A stretch of 64,000 nt of DNA from Candidatus Giovannonibacteria bacterium RIFOXYD1_FULL_48_21 (lineage in GTDB: Bacteria; Patescibacteriota; Minisyncoccia; JACPKW01; UBA11713), in NCBI GenBank assembly GCA_001778985.1, contig MFIU01000001.1, positions 190,934-254,933 on the forward strand, read 5' to 3'. A program made the translations under genes and the position numbers. The notes under the pieces are model-generated. The model did not search any database and was not told the DNA's origin. It saw only the letters and a program-made list of their open reading frames with translations. Shown here one piece after another: positions 9,965-17,708 of the stretch (within the stretch, counting starts at the first letter, position 1; each line of letters opens with the position of its first letter).

Positions 9965-10428
9965 ATTATCTGGATTTGTTGATTATTTTTCTCGCGAAAT
10001 ATCTCGGCTGGGCGCTTGGAATTCTGGCGGTTTTTATTTTTTTAAAAAATAGGCGTCTTCTTTTGGAATCCTTCCTCTCGGCCGCGGTTGCGCGTTTCGG
10101 GATTACGGACCTTATCCGCTATTTTTACAATAGGCCGCGGCCATTTGAAGTTGGAGATTTCACTCCTTTGATTTCGCATGAATACGGCTATTCTTTTCCA
10201 TCTGGGCACGCCGCTTTTTTCTTCGCGCTCGCGACTGCGATATTTTTATACAACCGCCGCTGGGGCGCGGTGTTTTTCATCGGCGCTATTTTAATCAGCC
10301 TCGGCCGCGTTTGGGCTGGCGTTCATTGGTACTCGGACATTTTAGGAGGCGCGATTGTCGGTATTTTGACGAGTATTTTAGTTAATTTTCTTGTCAGAAA
10401 ATTTCAAAGGCCCGGGTCAAGTGTCTGA
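9961..10428 (+). CDS. PAP2 family phosphatase (undecaprenyl-diphosphatase-like), membrane
   Basis: All three PAP2 motifs present: KxxxxxxRP (YFYNRPRPF), PSGH, RxxxxxHxxxD (RVWAGVHWYSD). Confidence 0.8.
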   Translation: MNYLDLLIIFLAKYLGWALGILAVFIFLKNRRLLLESFLSAAVARFGITDLIRYFYNRPRPFEVGDFTPLISHEYGYSFPSGHAAFFFALATAIFLYNRRWGAVFFIGAILISLGRVWAGVHWYSDILGGAIVGILTSILVNFLVRKFQRPGSSV

Positions 10429-10704
10429 CCGCGGGCCTTGAGGTTGGTAAGGAACATCCGGTATAGATTTTATAAATTCATTATATTTTATTTCTTCAAG
10501 TTCCCTCCTAAGTAGTGCCTCAATGTGTCCAATGGCTTCTCCGGAGAGCCGCACCAGATATGACTTTCTGTCATTTCCACCTTGACGCGCTTTATTGAAT
10601 TCCGCGAGAATTTCTTCGAGCATGGCCCGCACGTCAACCGACTTTTTTCTGCGGCCGCCGAGATGCAGGTATAGCGCAAAACGTCTCCACCATAAAAAAG
10701 TCAT
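10417..10704 (-). CDS. Hypothetical small protein; weak HisE/MazG-like resemblance; real start probably the internal Met at about 10623
   Basis: ORF only; convergent with the PAP2 gene; no confident motif. Confidence 0.3.
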   Translation of the reverse strand: MTFLWWRRFALYLHLGGRRKKSVDVRAMLEEILAEFNKARQGGNDRKSYLVRLSGEAIGHIEALLRRELEEIKYNEFIKSIPDVPYQPQGPRSDT

Positions 10705-10743
10705 TTTATCCTCCTTTAATCTTTAAATTTTTTAAATTGCTGT

Positions 10744-10830
10744 TGGTGCCGCGGGAGGGGGTCGAACCCTCATGAGCTTTCGCTCGCAGGATTTTGAGTC
10801 CTGTGCGTCTGCCAGTTCCGCCACCGCGGC
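10744..10830 (-). tRNA. tRNA-Leu(CAA) with a long variable arm and encoded CCA
   Basis: Hand-folded cloverleaf: acceptor GCCGCGG/CCGCGGC, anticodon loop CTCAAAA, T-loop TTCGACC. Confidence 0.85.
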
Positions 10831-10837
10831 ATATTAT

Positions 10838-11074
10838 TTATTTTAATTGATCTAGAAATTTTCTTCCTTGCCCACTTTTAAGAAATTTTTCTCTTTTGCG
10901 TGCTTCCTCGTATGAAGCACAATTTTCAACAAGTACAGTTTCAAATGTTGCGTACGGTTTCGTAGTCAAATTATATCCTTCGTTGTGCTGTTTTAATCTT
11001 CTCGCGAAATTATTGGTAATTCCTACATATCTGTAGTTGTGTTTCATACTTTTAATTACATATACATGCACCAT
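10838..11074 (-). CDS. Small GIY-YIG nuclease family protein (paralog 1)
   Basis: VYVIKS...YVGIT...RL..HN GIY-YIG signature; 78 aa; stop lies 7 nt from the tRNA-Leu 5' end. Confidence 0.8.
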   Translation of the reverse strand: MVHVYVIKSMKHNYRYVGITNNFARRLKQHNEGYNLTTKPYATFETVLVENCASYEEARKREKFLKSGQGRKFLDQLK

Positions 11075-11185
11075 AGGATTTTGAGCTTGCCCGCCTTAGG
11101 CGGGTCGTGCGCGGTCGCCAGAGGCGACTAAATCTGCCAGTTCCGCTTTACCCGCCAGAGGCGGGCACCGCGGCCCGTCTCGTCT
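11075..11185 (-). pseudogene. Degenerate duplicate of the tRNA-Leu(CAA) 5' half (GCCGCGGTG..GCGGAACTGGCAGA..CTCAAAATCCT), interrupted by three 15-nt GC hairpins; ends exactly at the GIY-YIG ATG
   Basis: About 34 nt of ordered identity to nt 1-43 of the downstream tRNA; inserted hairpins CCCGCCTCTGGCGGG, GTCGCCTCTGGCGAC and CCCGCCTAAGGCGGG. Confidence 0.7.
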
Positions 11186-11270
11186 CGCCTCGTCGAGACA
11201 AGCAATACCTCGAATTTAAAAGTTTTTTAGCTTATTGTCAATTTGATTAATTTTTTATACGATTTTATAT

Positions 11271-12170
11271 ATGGCGGAATTTGGAGAACCCAGAAGAAGT
11301 TCAAGTATTTTCTTTATCGAACTTGACCGCATCAAGCCCAATTCCATGCAGCCCCGCACCGAATTCGATGAGGGGCGGCTTTCTGAACTCGCGGAATCAA
11401 TCCGGCAGTATGGGGTGCTGCAGCCGCTGGTGGTTCTCCGCCAGGAGAAGGCCACACCCACCGGCGTTGTCGCTGAATATGAGCTTATTGCCGGCGAGCG
11501 CCGTTTGCGCGCGGCCCGCTTAGCGGGCCTTCGCGAGGTGCCGGTTATCATCCGGCAGGAGTCCGCGGACAAAATTAAACTTGAGCTCGCCTTGGTGGAA
11601 AACGTCCAGCGGGAGGATTTAAACGTGGTTGACCGCGCCCAGGCCTTCCGCCGGTTGAATGAAGAATTCGGTCTTGGTCACAGGGATATCGGCGCGAGAA
11701 TCGGAAAATCGCGCGAATACGTTTCAAACTCGCTGCGTCTTTTGTCCCTTCCTTCCGAACTCCAGGCCTCGTTGCGGGACGGACGCATAACCGAAAGCCA
11801 CGCCCGGCTGTTGCTGACTTTGCAGTCTCAACCCCAGGAACAAAAAGCGCTCATGGACGATATTATTTTCAGAGGGCTTAACGTTCGCGAAACCGAACGC
11901 CTCACCAAAGAGCTTACCGCCGGAGTTAAAAAAGAAATCAAAAATCTTGACCCGGAAACAAAGACTTTGGAAGAAAAGCTCGCCGCGGCCCTGGGGGCTC
12001 GCGTCTATATTTCAAAAAATGAATCAGGCGGCCGGGTTTCGATTGAATTTTTTTCGCCGGAAGAATTAAGGGCTTTTGTGGAACGCTTCGAGCCCGAACC
12101 TATGAGCCCAGAAGGACAAGTGGTTTTGGCCGAGGTTCGGCCGGAAGACTTGGAAGAGTTTACGATCTGA
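11271..12170 (+). CDS. parB: ParB/Spo0J family partition protein
   Basis: ParB N-terminal box (GVLQPLVV, LIAGERRLRAARLAGL) and HTH region. Confidence 0.85.
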   Translation: MAEFGEPRRSSSIFFIELDRIKPNSMQPRTEFDEGRLSELAESIRQYGVLQPLVVLRQEKATPTGVVAEYELIAGERRLRAARLAGLREVPVIIRQESADKIKLELALVENVQREDLNVVDRAQAFRRLNEEFGLGHRDIGARIGKSREYVSNSLRLLSLPSELQASLRDGRITESHARLLLTLQSQPQEQKALMDDIIFRGLNVRETERLTKELTAGVKKEIKNLDPETKTLEEKLAAALGARVYISKNESGGRVSIEFFSPEELRAFVERFEPEPMSPEGQVVLAEVRPEDLEEFTI

Positions 12171-13884
12171 CCTCGGTGGTAACTTTTTTAACCCCCGCTA
12201 TTTTTTCGAGCTTCGGCTTGATTTTTTCAATCTCAGCCTTGTTTTTAGGGATGAACCTTACACGGATGGGCGCTTCTTCGTTGCCGGAGCGGGCCGATAT
12301 TAAAGTCTGAATGTTGATGCGGTTCTTGGCGAAGATTGAAGTGATGTCTTTGATAAAGCCCACCCGACTTTTTCCGTAAATTTTTACTTCCACCAGTTTT
12401 TCTTCAGGTTCCAGAAAAGTTCTCTTTGGCGAAATCCGGAGCGCCCTTCGAATTCTGTTTTTAGCCAGATTGGTTTTAACCAACGAGAGCCATTCCGGCG
12501 AAGGCCTTTTGTTTTTTTGGGTGATTATTTCTACCACTTCTCCCGACTGGAGTTCCCGCTCGAAAGCGACCATCCGTCCGTCTACTTTGGCGCCAGACGC
12601 GCGGTTGCCGATCTCCGAATGGATATGATAAGCGAAGTCCAGAGGAGTGGCGCCCTTGGGCAGGTCGATTACGTCGCCCTTCGGCGTTAAGACGAAAATT
12701 CGGTCTTGGAAAAAATCTATCTTGAACGCTTCGAGAAGTTCTTCGGAAGAAGAGCGCTCTTTTTTGAATTCCTTGTGCCAGTCGTGAAGTTGGCGAATCC
12801 AATTAAATTTCTGGCCCAGGATTTTTAAACCTTCTTTCGGTTTTCCGGCCTCGCTCCAGGCCCAATGGGCCGCAATGCCCGCTTCGGCCTCGCGGTGCAT
12901 CTGGGGAGTCCGAATCTGGAATTCCACCATGGTCCTGGCTTTGGTAAAAACGCTGGTGTGGAGCGATTGGTAGCCGTTCGGCTTGGGGAGAGCGATGTAA
13001 TCCTTGAATTTTCCAGGGACCGGTTTCCATAGTTTGTGGATTATGCCCACCGCGGCGTAGCAGTCCTTAATGTCGGGTACGATGATTCTTAAAGCTATCA
13101 AGTCTGCCAGATGCGTCCAGTCGCCGTCGTATCGCTTCAATTTTTGCCAGATGGAATAAAGGTGCTTGGCGCGGTAAGAGAGTTCGAGCGGTCTGATATT
13201 TTCTTTTAAAAGTTCTGCTTCGACCTGCGGCGCGATTTTCTTGAGGTAGCGTTCCCGCTCCGGCGCGATTTTTTTAACTTCGGAGGAAATCCTTTCGTAC
13301 TCCTGGGGGTAGAGGTATTTCATCGATAAATCTTCCAGCTGGGCTTTGACATTCCACATCCCCAAGCGTTCGGCCAGCGGGGCGTAGAGCGAGAGCGTTT
13401 CTCCGGCAATCCGTTCCCGCTTTTCCGGAGCAAGCCAGTCGGCAGTTTCCATATTATGGAGGCGGTCCGCGAGCTTGATGATTACCACCCGGATATCTTC
13501 GGCTACCGCCATGAACATTTTTCTGACCGACTCCAAGGCGCGGTCGGTGCCGGAGGCTTTAACTTTCTCCACCTTGGTGACCGCGTCCACCAAAAAGGCG
13601 ATTTCTTCTCCGAATTTTTTTCTAATCTCTGCGAGGGAGGTCGGGGTAGTTTCGGCCACGTCGTGCAGAAGCCCGGCCGCGATTGTGGCCCGATCCATTT
13701 TTAACTTAGCCAGTTTTAGCGAGACGGCGGCGGAATGAGTGAGGTAATCCTCGCCGGAGAGTCTTTTTTCGCCCGCGTGGATTTGGGCGGCGAAATCAAA
13801 AACCTTTTTCAAAAATTCTCTGTCTTTGACGGCGAGATTTAGGGAACTTAGTTCGCGTTCGTAATTCTCCCAACCCATAGTCAT
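12160..13884 (-). CDS. rel: Bifunctional (p)ppGpp synthetase/hydrolase, RelA/SpoT family
   Basis: HD hydrolase domain (LLHDVAE), synthetase domain and TGS region; the MTMGW start overlaps the topA stop (ATGA). Confidence 0.85.
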   Translation of the reverse strand: MTMGWENYERELSSLNLAVKDREFLKKVFDFAAQIHAGEKRLSGEDYLTHSAAVSLKLAKLKMDRATIAAGLLHDVAETTPTSLAEIRKKFGEEIAFLVDAVTKVEKVKASGTDRALESVRKMFMAVAEDIRVVIIKLADRLHNMETADWLAPEKRERIAGETLSLYAPLAERLGMWNVKAQLEDLSMKYLYPQEYERISSEVKKIAPERERYLKKIAPQVEAELLKENIRPLELSYRAKHLYSIWQKLKRYDGDWTHLADLIALRIIVPDIKDCYAAVGIIHKLWKPVPGKFKDYIALPKPNGYQSLHTSVFTKARTMVEFQIRTPQMHREAEAGIAAHWAWSEAGKPKEGLKILGQKFNWIRQLHDWHKEFKKERSSSEELLEAFKIDFFQDRIFVLTPKGDVIDLPKGATPLDFAYHIHSEIGNRASGAKVDGRMVAFERELQSGEVVEIITQKNKRPSPEWLSLVKTNLAKNRIRRALRISPKRTFLEPEEKLVEVKIYGKSRVGFIKDITSIFAKNRINIQTLISARSGNEEAPIRVRFIPKNKAEIEKIKPKLEKIAGVKKVTTEVRS

Positions 13885-16001
13885 GGTGCGGGCTTGGGGG
13901 GTAATTCTTTGGCTTGAAAGTCGCAGGATTTGGAGGAACATTTTATTCCGTTCTTAACCTCAACGAGGGGTGAGGAGCATTGGGGGCAGGTCTGACCGTT
14001 TGGTTTGGGCCAAGAGGCAAAGTCGCACTTGGGCCAGCGGGAACAGCCGTAGAAAATTTTTCCGCGCCGGGTAGAGCGCTCCACGATTTCGCCCTCATGG
14101 CATTTTAGGCAAGTTAAGTTTAACGACACCGGCGGCAGGGGCTTGGTGTTTTTGCATTCCGGAAATCCGGAGCAGGCTAAAAATCGTCCGAAACGCCCCC
14201 GCTTTATCACCATCGGTTTTCCGCATTTCTCGCAGAGCTCATCGGTGGCTTCTTGGAAATCCCGCTTCTCGACGCTTTCATATTTTTCCGCGAGATGCCG
14301 GGAGAAGGGGCCGTAGAATTCTCTGATGATTTTCTGCCAGGAAATTTCGCCGGAAGCCACTTCGTCCAGCTCCTCCTCCATTTTGGCCGTAAACTGGATG
14401 TCCACGATTTCCGGAAAATGTTCGACCAGCATGTCGTTGACGATGAAGCCGATTTCCGTCGGAACCAGGCGCTTTTTATCGTTGCGCTGGACGTAGCCCC
14501 GTTCCTGAATCGTGGCGATAATCGGAGCATAAGTGGAAGGCCGGCCGATTCCGTATTTCTCAAGTATTTTTACCAGGCTCGCTTCGGTCCAGCGGGGCGG
14601 CGGCTCGGTAAAATGCTCGAGGGGCGTTATTTCCCGCAGATTCAATTTTGTCCCGGGTTCGAGCTTGGGCAGCTGGACTTCCAAAAATTTTGATGGATAG
14701 ATTTTAAGAAAACCGTCGAATTTCATCGCCTGCCCGGTAGCCCGAAAGGTATAATTGCCGGCTTTAATGTCCGCCGTGGTGGTGTCGAAAAGCGATGGCG
14801 GCATCTGGGAAGCTGAAAATCTCCGCCAAATCAGCTCGTAGAGTTTCAGCTGCCGCCGGTTCAAGAAATTTTTTATTGATTCCGGGGTTCTCGCTGGATC
14901 GGTGGGACGGATTGCTTCGTGGGCCTCTTGGGCGCCTTTAGTTTTGGTTTTGAAAATGCGGGGCGTTTTTAAGGCGTATTTTTCTCCTTGTTCTTTAATC
15001 AGAAATTCTCTGGCGGCCGCGAGAGCATCCTGGGAAAGATTCAAAGAGTCCGTACGCATGTAGGTGATGAGTCCCACCGGACCTTCGCCAAGTTCAATTC
15101 CCTCATAGAGCTGTTGGGCTAAGAGCATGGTTTGTTTAGCGGTGAAGCCAAGGCGCCGGAAAGCTTCTTGCTGCAGGGTGGAGGTGGTGAAAGGCGCCGG
15201 GGGGTTTTTGACCATTTCTTTTTTTTCAGAGTTTTCCACCAGCCAGTCTTTTCCCGCGAGTCGGGCCAGAATTTCTTCCGCCGCCTGCTTATTTTTGATG
15301 GCAAATTTGTCTAGCGTTTCGCCGTCTTTTTTTATCAAGACAGCTTCAAATTCTTTTCCGGTCTTTTTTTCAGTTTCGAGTTTAGCCAAGATGGTCCAAT
15401 ACTCTTGGGGCTGGAAGCTCTGAATTTCCCGCTCGCGCTCGACAATCAGCCGAACCGCCACGGATTGGACTCGGCCGGCCGAGAGGCCGCGGTAGATTTT
15501 TTTCCACAAAAAAGGAGAAAGCTTGTAGCCGACCAGGCGGTCAAGGATTCTTCGTGCCTGCTGGGCATCCACCAATTTCATGTCCATCTCTCGCGGATTC
15601 TTAAGCGCTTCCTCAATGGCCCGCTTGGTGATTTCGTGAAAAACAATTCTCTCCGTTTTTGGAATTTGGTTTTTGGAATTTGGTTTCTCCAGGTCCAGGG
15701 CCTCGGTCAGGTGCCAGGCGATGGCCTCGCCTTCCCGGTCTTCATCCGTGGCGAGAATGATTTTGTCCGCCTTCTGGACTTCTTTCTTTAGGGTGTTTAC
15801 GTTTTTTCGGGCCCGGGTGGGAATGACGTACTTCGGCTTAAAATCTTTATTTTCGTCGATGCCCAGCGAAGATTTGGGAAGATCGCGGATGTGTCCGTAG
15901 GAAGAAAGAACCTTAAAATCTCCAGGAACAAAACTGGAGATGGTGCGCGCTTTGGTGGGCGACTCTACGATTATTAATTTCACCCCGTTAGAATTTTTCA
16001 T
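13881..16001 (-). CDS. topA: DNA topoisomerase I
   Basis: TOPRIM N-terminus (KLIIVESPTKARTI), active-site region and C-terminal Cys4 zinc ribbons. Confidence 0.95.
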   Translation of the reverse strand: MKNSNGVKLIIVESPTKARTISSFVPGDFKVLSSYGHIRDLPKSSLGIDENKDFKPKYVIPTRARKNVNTLKKEVQKADKIILATDEDREGEAIAWHLTEALDLEKPNSKNQIPKTERIVFHEITKRAIEEALKNPREMDMKLVDAQQARRILDRLVGYKLSPFLWKKIYRGLSAGRVQSVAVRLIVEREREIQSFQPQEYWTILAKLETEKKTGKEFEAVLIKKDGETLDKFAIKNKQAAEEILARLAGKDWLVENSEKKEMVKNPPAPFTTSTLQQEAFRRLGFTAKQTMLLAQQLYEGIELGEGPVGLITYMRTDSLNLSQDALAAAREFLIKEQGEKYALKTPRIFKTKTKGAQEAHEAIRPTDPARTPESIKNFLNRRQLKLYELIWRRFSASQMPPSLFDTTTADIKAGNYTFRATGQAMKFDGFLKIYPSKFLEVQLPKLEPGTKLNLREITPLEHFTEPPPRWTEASLVKILEKYGIGRPSTYAPIIATIQERGYVQRNDKKRLVPTEIGFIVNDMLVEHFPEIVDIQFTAKMEEELDEVASGEISWQKIIREFYGPFSRHLAEKYESVEKRDFQEATDELCEKCGKPMVIKRGRFGRFLACSGFPECKNTKPLPPVSLNLTCLKCHEGEIVERSTRRGKIFYGCSRWPKCDFASWPKPNGQTCPQCSSPLVEVKNGIKCSSKSCDFQAKELPPKPAP

Positions 16002-16095
16002 AAATTTTCCCCTTGATCATAGCCGAAAGCCGCGAGGCGAGTTCGCTTCTTAAAAAATATAATGGACACAATCTCGGTTGAAATTCTAACGGGGT
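15982..16095. repeat. Perfect 15-bp inverted repeat (ACCCCGTTAGAATTT ... AAATTCTAACGGGGT) with an 84-nt spacer; spans the topA start codon and the dprA-topA intergenic region
   Basis: Read directly; the core CCCGTTAGAA is shared with the 6716-6784 repeat. Confidence 0.8.
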
Positions 16096-16956
16096 TCATA
16101 TAGATTTGTGCCAAAGTCCGCCCTTTTGTTTTACTAAATTTTTTAGTTCGAGTTCCATCAATTTTTGACTCAAAAGCGAAGGTTTTAATTTGAGCTCGAG
16201 AATAATTTCATCCGCGCTTTTAGGTTCCTCGAGATATTGAAGCAAAGTTTGGGCGAATTCGTCCAGCTTGTCAAGCCCGGCGTTTTTTTCTTTGGGTACT
16301 TTCCCTATAAGATAGAGCGCGTCCTCGGGGCTTAAAATCGGGTGCGCTCCTTCTCTCAAGAGGCGGTTTGAGCCTATGAAATTCGAACGCGAGATGTCCG
16401 CCGGCACAACCGCCACTTCGCGTCCGGCCTCGAGGGCCAATCGCGCCGTAATCAAGGCGCCTGATTTCTCCGGAGCTTCTATTACAATAATTAGCTGCGA
16501 GAGCCCGGCGATTATCCGATTTCTTTCCGGAAAAGTGAAATATTGCCCCTTGGTTTCCGGAGGATATTCCGTTATCAAAGCGCCGCCCTTTTGGACAATG
16601 GAATTCGCGAGAGGTAAGTTTATTTTAGGCCAAACATTATCCAAGCCCGAACCCAAAACCGCCCAGGTTACGCCTTCGCCCGCCAGCGCTCCTTCGTGCG
16701 CGCTCGAATCTATTCCGAGCGCGAGACCCGACACCACCAAAACTCCTTCCCGAGCCAGAGTTTCGGCTATTTTGAAAGCCGTTTCTTTGCCGTAGGAAGT
16801 CGCGCGCCTCGTTCCCACGATCGCCACTTTGGGAGCACTCGACTGAAGATTTCCTCTTATATAAAGACCCTTGGGCGGCCAAGGAGTTTCGAGAAGCTCT
16901 TTCGGAAAATTCTCTGTGTCTTTCTTCACAAAATAAATTTCTTCCCTCGCTTCCAT
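16096..16956 (-). CDS. dprA: DNA processing protein DprA (Smf)
   Basis: Rossmann-like DprA core (VAIVGTRRATSYG...VVSGLALGIDSSAH). Confidence 0.85.
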   Translation of the reverse strand: MEAREEIYFVKKDTENFPKELLETPWPPKGLYIRGNLQSSAPKVAIVGTRRATSYGKETAFKIAETLAREGVLVVSGLALGIDSSAHEGALAGEGVTWAVLGSGLDNVWPKINLPLANSIVQKGGALITEYPPETKGQYFTFPERNRIIAGLSQLIIVIEAPEKSGALITARLALEAGREVAVVPADISRSNFIGSNRLLREGAHPILSPEDALYLIGKVPKEKNAGLDKLDEFAQTLLQYLEEPKSADEIILELKLKPSLLSQKLMELELKNLVKQKGGLWHKSI

Positions 16957-17062
16957 ATTTTTTAACTATACTTCAATTAAAATTTAAGGTAAAATTTTGG
17001 GCATGAAATGGATTGGAATAAGCGGAGTTGATTTTGTGAAAGAATTTTGCTAAACTTAAAAA

Positions 17063-17257
17063 ATGGCAAAGGACTGGACAAAGATTTGGGAAAAATACAA
17101 AGGGCTTTGGGTGGCTTTGGATGAGGATGAGGAAACGGTATTGGGGGCAGGGAAGACCGTGCGTGAGGCCTTGGAGGAAGCAAAGAAAAAGACTGACAAA
17201 ACGCCTTATTTAACTCGGATGCCAGAAAAGCTCGTCGCTTATGTCGGCGTTCTATGA
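17063..17257 (+). CDS. Small DUF5678-like protein (64 aa)
   Basis: WVAL.DE..VLGAG.T..EALEEA pattern; overlaps the next ORF by 4 nt (ATGA). Confidence 0.5.
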   Translation: MAKDWTKIWEKYKGLWVALDEDEETVLGAGKTVREALEEAKKKTDKTPYLTRMPEKLVAYVGVL

Positions 17258-17655
17258 AGTTCAGATATGCCCGATATGGTTCGATACTTCGACCGGTCAT
17301 ACCGATAAAAGTTAAGAATGGCGGTAATGAAATTGGTTATCACGTTCTCGTAGATTCAGGAGCGGATCTATGTTTGTTTGACGAGGAGATCGGGCAAACT
17401 TTGGGCATCGATGTGCGAAGCGGAAGGGCGCAAGAAGTTTTTGGCGTTGGAGGTAAAACCTCGGCGTATTATCTTCACAGGGTACAAGTAGAAATCGGTG
17501 GTCATGAATATGATATTGAAGCCGGATTTATGCAGAATGTGGCCGGTCATATTATGACTTATGGCATAGTTGGCCAGAAGGGATTCTTTGATATCTTTGT
17601 TGTAAAATTTGATCTTACTAAGGAGGAAATAGAGCTGAAAGAACGGAGAAGATAA
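17254..17655 (+). CDS. Retropepsin-like (clan AA) aspartic protease
   Basis: Catalytic D-S-G-A motif (HVLVDSGADLCLF) followed by a hydrophobic-hydrophobic-Gly region; 133 aa. Confidence 0.6.
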   Translation: MKFRYARYGSILRPVIPIKVKNGGNEIGYHVLVDSGADLCLFDEEIGQTLGIDVRSGRAQEVFGVGGKTSAYYLHRVQVEIGGHEYDIEAGFMQNVAGHIMTYGIVGQKGFFDIFVVKFDLTKEEIELKERRR

Positions 17656-17708
17656 TTTTTAGAGTGAACCCCTTTTCTTTTTTTGGGAAATATATATAAT
17701 GTAGAAAC

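Noticed and set aside
10744-11185. Possibility that GIY-YIG plus split tRNA-Leu is a group I intron with a homing endonuclease, like the cyanobacterial tRNA-Leu(UAA) intron
   Set aside because: The downstream tRNA-Leu is complete and colinear (both halves contiguous, CCA present), so the ORF is not inside the functional tRNA; the upstream 5' half is an extra degenerate copy. No P/Q/R/S-type group I core elements are evident.
11255-11572. ORF 11255-11572 (minus, 105 aa) and 11281-11523 (plus, 80 aa) overlapping the parB start
   Set aside because: Both are embedded in or antisense to the well-supported parB gene; Ser/Arg-rich low-complexity translations.
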